Below are positions 27,169 through 35,233 of a DNA stretch of 60,167 nt, piece after piece. The position numbers were made by a program, and so were the translations under genes. Each line of letters begins with the position of its first letter. Positions within the stretch are counted from its first letter, which is position 1. The DNA lies in IMG/VR virus record IMGVR_UViG_3300017989_000015, positions 1 to 60,167 of that record. One strand, given 5' to 3'. Below the pieces are notes generated by a model that was not told the DNA's origin, made no database searches, and saw only the letters and a list, made by a program, of their open reading frames with translations. Source of the stretch: a virus (taxonomy: Duplodnaviria; Caudoviricetes).

Positions 27169-28136
27169 ATCTCGTTAGCCTCATAGTCGATGTGCATAGG
27201 CCAGAAGCCGCCCGCTGGCCCTCTCTTTTGTTTCAATAGCGCCATAATCATCAGATTTTCCGTGACCTCAAGCCGTGTCCCCGCTGGCGTAGAGAGCCAG
27301 GTTGCTTGATTCACTGGGTCTGATAATCCCTCTGTCTTGTGCGGAATCCATAGCGACAGCATCAAGGTGGCGAATTGCTCCAAGGCGCTTGTCTCTTGAG
27401 CGTGCCAAGGTTGCGGCACTTTCCATTTTGACTCATTACTGGTCCGCCCAGACTGCGCTCCCATGATGATCGGCGCGCCTAATGCCCCGCCTAGCTGCTC
27501 TGCTCGAAATGTGTTCTCCATCACGTCTGTCCTGCGTCCATCGCGGCCCCAGCTCCCCTTGCCCTCGGGCATGATCTTCTGCACATAGTCCAGAAATATC
27601 GCCCGGATCGTCACGCCCATTTTATCAGCCACCCAGGTCAGCACGTCCTCCGTCTCGGTCATGGTCAATCGCTTTGTCTCTCTCGGTCTGGCCGAGCTGT
27701 TGCCTACGATCCACAATGGCAGAGCCCCACGTGTAAATGACGCCGCCTTTAGCCGCTCCATATCCTGCTCACTGATCGTCCCGGCGGTAATGGCGTCCAT
27801 CTCGATCTTGGCGGCATTGGCTAGATCATAGATGCCCATATCCTCTACCGTATCCTCCCACGATACAAATACCACAATCTCCCCGCCCTTGCTGGCGTCT
27901 CTCAACTTCTCGGCCAGCCACCGCGCCCAAAAGGTCATCAGTCCCGTCTTATAGTTGCTCGTGTATGCCTGGATCACCGCCAGCTTGCCGGGCCTCAAGG
28001 GCTTGATCTTCTTGTTGCAGTGCGGCCACGGCGTGATGATGCCCAGACTGGCCTGTTGTATACATCGCTCAATCTCCGCCAGCGCCAACGCCCCGACCTC
28101 TTGCGGCGCATAAGCCATCTTTGGACGCATTACCAT
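27147..28136 (-). CDS. DnaB-like (SF4) replicative helicase, C-terminal domain only
   Basis: Deviant Walker A AYTSNYKT, FVSWE, IFLDYVQ, AQSGR and KQKRG. Confidence 0.75.
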   Translation of the reverse strand: MVMRPKMAYAPQEVGALALAEIERCIQQASLGIITPWPHCNKKIKPLRPGKLAVIQAYTSNYKTGLMTFWARWLAEKLRDASKGGEIVVFVSWEDTVEDMGIYDLANAAKIEMDAITAGTISEQDMERLKAASFTRGALPLWIVGNSSARPRETKRLTMTETEDVLTWVADKMGVTIRAIFLDYVQKIMPEGKGSWGRDGRRTDVMENTFRAEQLGGALGAPIIMGAQSGRTSNESKWKVPQPWHAQETSALEQFATLMLSLWIPHKTEGLSDPVNQATWLSTPAGTRLEVTENLMIMALLKQKRGPAGGFWPMHIDYEANEIWPIQEW

Positions 28137-28996
28137 TGTTGAGCCCTCCCTGTTTGGCTAAATCCCACAGCCGCCAATGCTCGACACGTCTTCAAGATAC
28201 TGTTCGGATCGCTTATCGTCATTCCTTCCAGCTTGATCACCGCAGATGATATAAGTTGCTTGGCTCTGTTTACGTCCCATTCGGCCATTACGCAAATCTC
28301 CCTAATCGGTGACCACCAGAGTCTCCCTAATGCCTTGGCATTCGTAGCGGGTGGCTTCAAATGTGTTACCTCTTGGAAATGCTCACCCACCGCCTTCCTG
28401 ATCGCGTTCTGCTGCGCTCGCTTGGACGGAGCCTTGGGAGAGGCCGGAGCGGGCTCGGCCCGTGTCAGCGTACTCGCTGACGAAGTATTGCTGTGTGTCT
28501 GGGTACTCACAGACACACTCGGTAAGTCAGTACTTAGTAAATCAGTACTTATTATATGTTCAGGTTTTCCATCAATGGATTTACTATCTATGGATTTACC
28601 ATCTATAGGTTTTCTATATATGGTCTTCCTGGTAATGGGAACCTCATAGACCGTTGTCGTCCAGATGAACCGGCCCTTCCTAGATGTCCTCGTTCTAACG
28701 ATATGCCCAGCCGCCTCGATCTCCTTAAAGATGCGCCTTGTCTTGGTTGCTCCAGCAGGCGACTGTCTCACTAAGTCAGTGAATCGTACTGTCCAATCAT
28801 TGGGCTTGCTCAGAAGGTAGCCCAGCATCCCGCGAGCTTCCCAGGATAACTCGGCATCTTCCAACACGGCTTGGCTTATCATGGTATAGGGATTCTTGCG
28901 GTTATGCTCTACCCGGATGATCCCAGATGTGGTGCCCTTTGTATCGTCAGGAATGACTATATCCTCAACGCTATACTCTTGCTCTTGCTCACTCAT
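28130..28996 (-). CDS. Replication initiator (lambda O-like, N-terminal wHTH)
   Basis: PYTMISQAVLEDAELSWEARGMLGYLLSKPNDW; internal iteron-like repeats; upstream of the helicase. Confidence 0.75.
   Translation of the reverse strand: MSEQEQEYSVEDIVIPDDTKGTTSGIIRVEHNRKNPYTMISQAVLEDAELSWEARGMLGYLLSKPNDWTVRFTDLVRQSPAGATKTRRIFKEIEAAGHIVRTRTSRKGRFIWTTTVYEVPITRKTIYRKPIDGKSIDSKSIDGKPEHIISTDLLSTDLPSVSVSTQTHSNTSSASTLTRAEPAPASPKAPSKRAQQNAIRKAVGEHFQEVTHLKPPATNAKALGRLWWSPIREICVMAEWDVNRAKQLISSAVIKLEGMTISDPNSILKTCRALAAVGFSQTGRAQQW
28526..28640. repeat. Candidate replication origin: 15-bp iterons plus AT-rich repeats inside the initiator gene
   Basis: About five degenerate 15-mers (ggatttactatctat, ggatttaccatctat and similar) plus two copies of tcagtactta. 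Confidence 0.6.
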
Positions 28997-29085
28997 CTCG
29001 GATCTCCAATCATCCCACGCGTACGTGGGGCGCACTTTTTGTAGGCCCTAAGTCGCTTCATGTGTTCCGGCTCCAGTAAATGCAA

Positions 29086-29190
29086 AGCCCAGGTCCGGCG
29101 GTGCTGTAAGATAATCGCAGAGGCGATGTCTTCCGCCGGGCCTGGGCTAATTGCCATGTTATTATACCTCTGCTTTCATACCTTACAGCA
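29086..29190 (-). ncRNA. Attenuator-like leader RNA before the initiator gene
   Basis: 16-bp stem 29086-29101/29133-29148; loop segment complementary to upstream 29179-29190. Confidence 0.5.
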
Positions 29191-29195
29191 AAAAC

Positions 29196-29224
29196 ATTTT
29201 ATCATAGATATCTCTAAATGTCAA
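29196..29224 (-). promoter_or_regulatory. Sigma70 promoter for the initiator-helicase operon
   Basis: TTGACA-17 nt-TAAAAT; a second TATAAT at 29161-29166. Confidence 0.7.
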
Positions 29225-30180
29225 CCTGCGGGTACCGCTGTTCTGATCATGGTCTCCAGATCGCGCTTGCTCATCCCAGAGGCCATAATCCCGTCGTCTA
29301 TCTTCATGCTTGGTATCAGCACTCTGCACCGCTGGCGGCCCAGCTTGCCCGTCATCCGCCAGGTCTCGCGCCTTGCGCCAGGGTCCATAATCAGCGTTAC
29401 GCTATCCGCCTGGGCCAGCTCCGTAATCACGTCATCGCTCGGATTGGTGCCTGGCAGTCCTACCACTTTGGCGTTTGCATTGTCCAGCGTTACCATCACC
29501 ACCATGGCCTTGACCTCTCCCTCAACGGCTATCACATGCTCAGATAGGTCCAGATCAGGATTGCACCGGAACAGCCCTTGGCCTTGACCAGCTAACTCGT
29601 AACGATACTTTCCGCCATTTGGGGGCACCTTTATCAGCCGATGCTTTATATTCAGCGGCGCCCAATCCTTGCCCATGATCGGGATAGTCGCCGTCGCTGT
29701 GTGCCACGGCTCGCCACGCACAAAGAACCTATGATCCGGGTCATAGCCTAGTTGCCACCACATACGATACGTTTTTGGTATACCGCGCTGCTCCCAGTAT
29801 CGTTCACCTACGTCGCCCATCTGATCGTGGTATCGCTCCCAGAATCGGTCTCGCCGTAGATGCTCTAGGGCTCTCTCGGCGGATCGTTTGCGCTCCTGCT
29901 CGCGCTTCTCTTGACGCTGCCGCCACTTTTCCAGCGCTTCCGGGTCTGGCTCATAGCCATCCGCATCGGACCAGAAGACGCCACCACACCTTCGACAATA
30001 GCCGAGAGGCTTGCTATCAGCGAACCACACACAACGGTCTGGCCATTCGCCGCCTGGGTGAACGTCACCACCACACTGAGGACAGCTTGACGTCCAGGTC
30101 GTGTCGCTCTCGCGCTGAATATAGGAGACCTTACCAAGATAGGCGTTGAATACTGCTGGCAAACTGTCCTCTCGCGGCAT
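29221..30180 (-). CDS. DNA primase (zinc finger + TOPRIM)
   Basis: CPQCGG...DR...CRRC, IAVEGEVKA, LIMDPG and KIDD. Confidence 0.8.
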   Translation of the reverse strand: MPREDSLPAVFNAYLGKVSYIQRESDTTWTSSCPQCGGDVHPGGEWPDRCVWFADSKPLGYCRRCGGVFWSDADGYEPDPEALEKWRQRQEKREQERKRSAERALEHLRRDRFWERYHDQMGDVGERYWEQRGIPKTYRMWWQLGYDPDHRFFVRGEPWHTATATIPIMGKDWAPLNIKHRLIKVPPNGGKYRYELAGQGQGLFRCNPDLDLSEHVIAVEGEVKAMVVMVTLDNANAKVVGLPGTNPSDDVITELAQADSVTLIMDPGARRETWRMTGKLGRQRCRVLIPSMKIDDGIMASGMSKRDLETMIRTAVPAG

Positions 30181-30261
30181 GGCTATGCTCCTTTAATGGC
30201 ACGCTCATCATATTTCTACCTCTTCGTCGAACACGCTCTCAGGCAAGTCATAGCCACGAAA

Positions 30262-30389
30262 ATATAAAAAGCCCTTTGCTTCTCTAGGGCGGCGACCCGG
30301 CGGCACATACCAGCATTTCTATGTTGGTTAGACATAGATCCGTCTCTGCCGCCCTAGAGAAATCAAGGGCTCTTGCTGGTAGTGTTGCC
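30262..30389 (-). ncRNA. Attenuator-like leader RNA / terminator before the primase gene
   Basis: Long stem 30270-30293/30348-30371 followed by a U-tract; loop segment complementary to 30374-30389. Confidence 0.55.
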
Positions 30390-30445
30390 TAGTTTTTCTA
30401 TCCCTCAAGTTACCATCTTAAAGGCTGTGATCTGCTCACACCCAC

Positions 30446-30474
30446 ATTATACCACATGTGTGGCTAAATGTAAA
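30446..30474 (-). promoter_or_regulatory. Sigma70 promoter for the primase
   Basis: TTTACA-17 nt-TATAAT with TG; CCAC-N4-GTGG palindrome in the spacer. Confidence 0.65.
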
Positions 30475-30696
30475 CCCTTTTCTCGGATCAAACGACGCGG
30501 GCTGTGTGACGAGTCCCACGTCGTGCAGCTTTTGGGCACATAATTGGACACAATAGAATCCGCTCCGCTTCGCTCGTAGGCTCTTTAGGCCCGGTTACAT
30601 AACACACCTCCTTTTCGAGTATCTCAATCCTCATCTCAGCAATCTCCGTCCCGATGTAGATTCCTGGCCCTCTTCATCATCCTATCGCACGCGATG

Positions 30697-30710
30697 CGAA
30701 CGTTTGTTCT
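30697..30710. promoter_or_regulatory. Candidate LexA (SOS) box, GAAC-N4-GTTC
   Basis: cGAACgtttGTTCt at the 3' end of the LmbU-like gene, upstream of the replication module. Confidence 0.4.
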
Positions 30711-31377
30711 ATATTGAGAGCCACAGTGTCTCGATCTTCTCGAAGACTGCCTGCTCGCTAGGCGCCATCTCCTCCTCACGACGGGCAAAGAACGTCCACA
30801 AAATCCCTACCTCACTCGTTGATAGGGTCAGCGTAAACTCCCGCGCCCAGGGTAACGGAGGATAACTAGACGGGAACGCGCCAGCTACTTCTACGACAGG
30901 TTCGATGATGGGCTCTACCTCTACGACTTCTATGGGCTTTGCTTCTGCCTTTGGTGCCTCGATCTGCTCTAGGGACCTGATAGCTACCCTCAGCTCGCCG
31001 GTGTCCCACTGATTGACCTCAGCACGATCTAGCCAACACTCCTGTTCCTCTGGCTCGAACTTTGCTACCAGGACGTGATGCGTCCAATTGAGGCCTTCCC
31101 GTCTCCGCTCTGGCGCGACCTTGGAACATACGCTCTTATAATTCGTCAATGTCTGCACACTATATCCGGTGTCCTCAACCGCCTGGGCGTAGGTCTCTCC
31201 ATAGTGCGCCTCGCCGTAGTTCAAGAGATCTCCCACATAGTAGGGTAGGGCGTTCTGAATCCGGCGCACCTGCTGGAACGTTGTTTCCCACTCTTCAAAG
31301 GATACGCCTTCTCTCATTGTAAGTGAGACCGGAGTCAGTGTAAATAGCTTATCCTTCGACACTAACCAGCCTGTCAT
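30709..31377 (-). CDS. LmbU-like DNA-binding protein
   Basis: YYVGDLLNYGEAHYGETYAQA...TLTNYKSV...LNWTHH...WLDRAE; start MTGWL after AAGGAG. Confidence 0.65.
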   Translation of the reverse strand: MTGWLVSKDKLFTLTPVSLTMREGVSFEEWETTFQQVRRIQNALPYYVGDLLNYGEAHYGETYAQAVEDTGYSVQTLTNYKSVCSKVAPERRREGLNWTHHVLVAKFEPEEQECWLDRAEVNQWDTGELRVAIRSLEQIEAPKAEAKPIEVVEVEPIIEPVVEVAGAFPSSYPPLPWAREFTLTLSTSEVGILWTFFARREEEMAPSEQAVFEKIETLWLSI

Positions 31378-31385
31378 GTTGCTCC

Positions 31386-31483
31386 TTGCTATCGCGCTCA
31401 CGATGTGCTATTATGAATATGAAGAAGGGCTTATCCGCCCATCTGAACTGTAGACGGAGACCGGTCACCTCCGTCTCTTTTTT
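31386..31483 (+). ncRNA. Plus-strand small-RNA unit (promoter, ~63-nt RNA, terminator)
   Basis: TTGCTA-17 nt-TATTAT (31386-31414), then an AGACGGAG/CTCCGTCT stem followed by CTTTTTT. Confidence 0.5.
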
Positions 31484-31859
31484 ATGCTATGTCTTGATAC
31501 GACTCGCCTCGCCACACGCGCCGAAAAGCTCTCTCGCTGACCTTGGCTAGGTAATCCTGGTAGACCTCCTCCAACGTCTCGCCCTTGCGCTTTCTCGCTC
31601 TAATGGTCTTTACGTCAGACCGTCGCAATTTCGCGCCGTGGGTGAATGTTGGCTGCCTCCAATCTCGTATCTTGTCCAATGGTACGTACATAAATCTGCC
31701 CTCTCGATAGAATGGGATCTTCCCAGTAATCGCCCAGTATCTCACGGTGCTCCAGCTTCTGCCGATCGTCGTTGCTAGTTCGGCCAGATGCGGGTCTCGA
31801 TTATACAGACGAGAGATGGTCGCCAATCGCTCGAACTGCTTGTCAGTAATTTTGTTCAT
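31482..31859 (-). CDS. Excisionase-like HTH DNA-binding protein
   Basis: LAELATTIGRSWSTVRYWAITGKIP plus a second helical domain. Confidence 0.6.
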   Translation of the reverse strand: MNKITDKQFERLATISRLYNRDPHLAELATTIGRSWSTVRYWAITGKIPFYREGRFMYVPLDKIRDWRQPTFTHGAKLRRSDVKTIRARKRKGETLEEVYQDYLAKVSERAFRRVWRGESYQDIA

Positions 31860-31882
31860 ACTTCCCTCCTTTCAATAATAGC

Positions 31883-31911
31883 ATTATAACATTATTATCA
31901 TATAATGGCAA
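31883..31911 (-). promoter_or_regulatory. Sigma70 promoter
   Basis: TTGCCA-17 nt-TATAAT upstream of AAGGAGG...ATG at 31859. Confidence 0.65.
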
Positions 31912-32860
31912 GCCCAGGAACCCGATAGATTGTGCAGGTCTCACCCTCGATCTCGACCTCAGTAAACCAGGGCGAGTCCTGCGGCTCATAGAGATACGAG
32001 GACTCTATTACATACGGCCCATTGATCGTTACCAAGTGGCCCTCGATCTCGCCATCCTTATCGACGCCAGTGATAGTGAACCATGGGCCGTCTTGGGTCG
32101 CCTGATCCACATGGTAGCACCGATCTATTCCGGGAACCCTCAGCAGGTGCTTCTGATGCCCGCCCTCGAATGCCGCCGCCTGGATCTCCTCACATGCCTT
32201 GGCGATTCTAGCACGCTTCTCGGTCCATTCTTCTTGAACGAGAAGCGTCGCGATCTTCTGTTGAGTGTACTGGCGGATCGTCTTGGCCTCAGCGGGTTCT
32301 GCTAGGGCAAGCCACTGCTGCTGCAAATACTCAATCTCAGCGGCCCTCCACTTGCCCTCAGCCTTAAGTGTACGGAATGCCTCATTCATCATCGCGACCG
32401 CGTTCTGCTGGAGCAGGCTTCTCCGCGTATCACGAGCCTCCTCAATCCAAACGGATCGCGTCGCCAGAAACATCGCCAGGTCGAATGTGTAGCTGCTCGC
32501 CTGCTTCCGGAGCTCTTCCTTCTCATCGCTAGGATTCAGCTTTGTGTGTTCAGAGATCCACCCGACTAGCCAAACGTCGGCCCAGAAAGCAGGCGGCGAT
32601 ACCTGCGCATTCCGGAACTCGACATCAGGCCCGTCACCGCTGTGAGGCCGGAACCGAATCACCGGATTGCCAGATTTTGTCGTCAGCTCATACTCCTCAG
32701 CGAACGCCCGTCCCTCGTCCGTCTCCTTGGTCCAGAGTAGAACCTTTTCAAATACATCTCTAATCACCACCAGCTCTCGCGCCTGACGAGCCTTCCGTTC
32801 CTCTTCATTCACGGCCTTCTTCGCGGCCAGCTGCTTATCCATTACCTGCTGCAATTGCAT
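31898..32860 (-). CDS. Hypothetical protein
   Basis: 320 aa, GAGGAGG Shine-Dalgarno. Confidence 0.65.
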   Translation of the reverse strand: MQLQQVMDKQLAAKKAVNEEERKARQARELVVIRDVFEKVLLWTKETDEGRAFAEEYELTTKSGNPVIRFRPHSGDGPDVEFRNAQVSPPAFWADVWLVGWISEHTKLNPSDEKEELRKQASSYTFDLAMFLATRSVWIEEARDTRRSLLQQNAVAMMNEAFRTLKAEGKWRAAEIEYLQQQWLALAEPAEAKTIRQYTQQKIATLLVQEEWTEKRARIAKACEEIQAAAFEGGHQKHLLRVPGIDRCYHVDQATQDGPWFTITGVDKDGEIEGHLVTINGPYVIESSYLYEPQDSPWFTEVEIEGETCTIYRVPGLAII

Positions 32861-33072
32861 ATTGCCTCCTCATAGACTAGCCCAGCCTCTTCACCTGCCT
32901 CAGCTACCGTCACGAATACATCTACCAGCCCGGTCGCTCGATGATACGTCCCATCCTGGAACCGCTCATACTCCTTATAACTGGTACGGTACGTGGTATG
33001 AATCTAGATATATCCCAATCTTGCCGTACCGGTCAACCGTACCGGGATATATCTATTCCGTGCCACCCATTC

Positions 33073-33447
33073 TTACCACCCGCGCAATTCTTCCATCTCG
33101 GACTCAATATCGGCAACCTTGTCGTAGCACTGCCCGAACAGCTCGATCAAATTGTCTTTCGAGGTACCTGCATCCTCGTCACACGCCAGCCACAACGCTT
33201 CGTTATCCAATTCTTCTGCAATCTGCGCCAGGCGGAGCATCGCATCTACGTATGCTGGGTCGATAAGCTCCAGCGGACTCATCTCCCTCAGCAAGCCTTC
33301 GCCCTCTTCGATCAGGGAGTCGACCTCTTCCTTGCGATCTTCTAGATCAGCGTACCCGCTCTCGGCGCGCCATCGCGCATCTATTTCGTCGTGCGAATCA
33401 CTGATGCTCTGCTCCCAGTCGGCTCCCAATCCTGTGACCTTTGCCAT
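33073..33447 (-). CDS. Highly acidic hypothetical protein
   Basis: 124 aa, D/E-rich. Confidence 0.6.
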   Translation of the reverse strand: MAKVTGLGADWEQSISDSHDEIDARWRAESGYADLEDRKEEVDSLIEEGEGLLREMSPLELIDPAYVDAMLRLAQIAEELDNEALWLACDEDAGTSKDNLIELFGQCYDKVADIESEMEELRGW

Positions 33448-33473
33448 CTATTCCTCCGCCTTGCTTGTATAGT

Positions 33474-33491
33474 GGGGGCCTTGCGGCCCCC
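33474..33491 (-). repeat. GCAA-tetraloop hairpin repeat (copy 2 of 3)
   Basis: GGGGGCC-GCAA-GGCCCCC. Confidence 0.8.
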
Positions 33492-33500
33492 TCGTCTGTC

Positions 33501-33701
33501 TCAACTCTGAAATTCATCGTGTCTGTCTCTGTCTCCGCCCAGTTCAGCCCCCTCCAGGTATGCCCCGCGCAGTTCAGCCCCCCCCAGGTCCACCCCGCGC
33601 AGGTCCGCCCAACCCAGTTCAGCTCTGCGGCCTTGCTGTCCATCAGTCTCTAGCCAGACTTTATGCGCCTTCAATACCACGTTCAACTTTTCCTGCTTCA
33701 T
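33501..33701 (-). CDS. Short or truncated pentapeptide-repeat protein
   Basis: LKAHKVWL...GRRAELGWADLRGVDLGGAELRGAYLEGAEL. Confidence 0.7.
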   Translation of the reverse strand: MKQEKLNVVLKAHKVWLETDGQQGRRAELGWADLRGVDLGGAELRGAYLEGAELGGDRDRHDEFQS

Positions 33702-33725
33702 CGTGTCCTCCCTTGCTTGTGTAAT

Positions 33726-33743
33726 GGGGGCCTTGCGGCCCCC
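33726..33743 (-). repeat. GCAA-tetraloop hairpin repeat (copy 3 of 3)
   Basis: GGGGGCC-GCAA-GGCCCCC. Confidence 0.8.
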
Positions 33744-33749
33744 TACTTC

Positions 33750-34001
33750 CTAATCGACGTGATAACCCACTGTCTCCCAGGCAATCCCATCCGCCGCTGG
33801 TTCGCGCAAGGCGCGGCGTGTACATGCCCGCCATAGCTCGCGCAATCGGCGCTGTTCGTCGCTGGGCGCTGTGTTGTCCTCAATCGCAATAGCCCAGTCC
33901 AGGTCGTCCTGTAGGTCGTGCCGCTCGGCGAATCGCGCCTTTGCTGCTGCCAACCGATCCCCGTCCTCTATTGTTGCCTTCCGAATGATTACCCATGCCA
34001 T
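33750..34001 (-). CDS. Small early protein
   Basis: Downstream of the promoter at 34044-34072. Confidence 0.55.
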   Translation of the reverse strand: MAWVIIRKATIEDGDRLAAAKARFAERHDLQDDLDWAIAIEDNTAPSDEQRRLRELWRACTRRALREPAADGIAWETVGYHVD

Positions 34002-34043
34002 TTCGTGTCCTCCTCTGTCTGTGTGTCTCTCAACTCTGAATCC

Positions 34044-34072
34044 ATTATAACACAGGTTCAGCGATATGTCAA
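34044..34072 (-). promoter_or_regulatory. Consensus sigma70 early promoter (copy 3 of 4)
   Basis: TTGACA-17 nt-TATAAT. Confidence 0.85.
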
Positions 34073-34082
34073 GGCTGTTTTA

Positions 34083-34940
34083 TCAATATGACAAAACTGT
34101 AATACTGTGTTCTATTTTTGTTCTACATAGCGCCATCTCGACCTCGGCGACCATCTGCTCCGCAGTTTCTTGAATCCGGCTCATCGAGGTCTTGAAGAAC
34201 TGCTCCAGCTTATCCTCATCTTGATGTGACCAGAAGGCGAGGTAGGCGAAAGAATATCCCTCAGTCTCGACGCCTAGTAGGTTGGAGACCACATAGGCCA
34301 CCGACTCGGCTTCCAATTCTCTCGCCTCATGCTCGGTATTCCCGTCAGAGTGGAGGCGCATATGAGCCAGCTCGTGGATGAGCGTCTTCATTCTCATTCC
34401 CGTCGAACCTGTCTCATCTAGGACAATGGCCTTCGTCGTATGATCTGCCCAGCCTCTCACGCCAGGGTGGTATGCTGTATCAGTGACTTGCTCGGTCACC
34501 GTATAACCCTCAGCCTCGGCAATCTCCTTCAGTGCGGCCAACTTCTCAGGAACCTCTGTCGCTTGGATCAGGCTCTCGTCTGCTATCTCAGGCAGGTCAT
34601 CGCCGTCTGTCTGACTGATGTCGAATACCGCGACTGATCGGTAATAGGCCACTTGCTCTTTTTCGTCATCCGTCTTCTTTTTGTAGAAGCAGGGAGCCAG
34701 AATGGATAGGCCCTGCTCTCCTTTGCGAACCTGCCGGCCCAGAGATTGCCAGGTTCGGTATCCTGCGACTCTGGTAGCGTCTGGGCTCTGGAGCATAATC
34801 AGCATCAGGTTCTGGAACGAGTAACGGTGGAACCGGCTATAGAAGGATAACCAGCTCTCCCACTTCTCAGTATCGGAGGCGGCTAGTGCCGCACCCTTCT
34901 TTGCCTGCTGGATTAGACTCGCCACTTTGCCCTTGCTCAT
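34083..34940 (-). CDS. ardC: ArdC-like ssDNA-binding anti-restriction protein with a zincin domain
   Basis: RFHRYSFQNLMLI...VAGYRTWQSLGRQVRKGE...VFDISQT; LIHELAH; ELEAESVAY. Confidence 0.8.
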   Translation of the reverse strand: MSKGKVASLIQQAKKGAALAASDTEKWESWLSFYSRFHRYSFQNLMLIMLQSPDATRVAGYRTWQSLGRQVRKGEQGLSILAPCFYKKKTDDEKEQVAYYRSVAVFDISQTDGDDLPEIADESLIQATEVPEKLAALKEIAEAEGYTVTEQVTDTAYHPGVRGWADHTTKAIVLDETGSTGMRMKTLIHELAHMRLHSDGNTEHEARELEAESVAYVVSNLLGVETEGYSFAYLAFWSHQDEDKLEQFFKTSMSRIQETAEQMVAEVEMALCRTKIEHSITVLSY

Positions 34941-35119
34941 GCGAGCCCTCCTGCGATATAAGCGACCTTCTTCACCTTGCGCTGGCCCTCTGCGCTCTCA
35001 GACCAGTCCTTGCTCGCTAGGCAATACCCGCCTAGTGAACGATCCCAGTAAACGAGCCACTGGTCGCCCGTCATCTCCGCCTTGATATTCGCTCTCTTGA
35101 TTGCTCTACTTTTAGACAT
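34937..35119 (-). CDS. Small early protein
   Basis: Start MSKSRAI after GGAGG, downstream of a promoter. Confidence 0.55.
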   Translation of the reverse strand: MSKSRAIKRANIKAEMTGDQWLVYWDRSLGGYCLASKDWSESAEGQRKVKKVAYIAGGLA

Positions 35120-35158
35120 TTCATGCCTCCCTTGTTTTCGTGTCTCAACTCTATGGAC

Positions 35159-35187
35159 ATTATAACATAGGTTCAGCGACATGTCAA
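35159..35187 (-). promoter_or_regulatory. Consensus sigma70 early promoter (copy 4 of 4)
   Basis: TTGACA-17 nt-TATAAT-GTCCATAGAGTTGAG. Confidence 0.85.
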
Positions 35188-35203
35188 GAGGCAATTTATA
35201 GCA

Positions 35204-35233
35204 GACCCCCCTCTCAATGGCGAGAGGGGGGTC
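35204..35233 (-). terminator. Strong hairpin ending the late operon
   Basis: 12-bp perfect stem GACCCCCCTCTC/GAGAGGGGGGTC between the holin-like gene and the early promoter; weak U-tract. Confidence 0.55.

Noticed and set aside
30595-30613. AAGGAGGT-N5-ATG-TAA start-stop minigene
   Set aside because: It is equally explained as codons of a plausible 48-aa ORF (MRIEILEKEVCYV...), and the two cannot be distinguished from sequence.
32876-33067. ORF with in-frame TAG read-through
   Set aside because: Many genes here end in TAG, no suppressor tRNA was found and there is no homology support.
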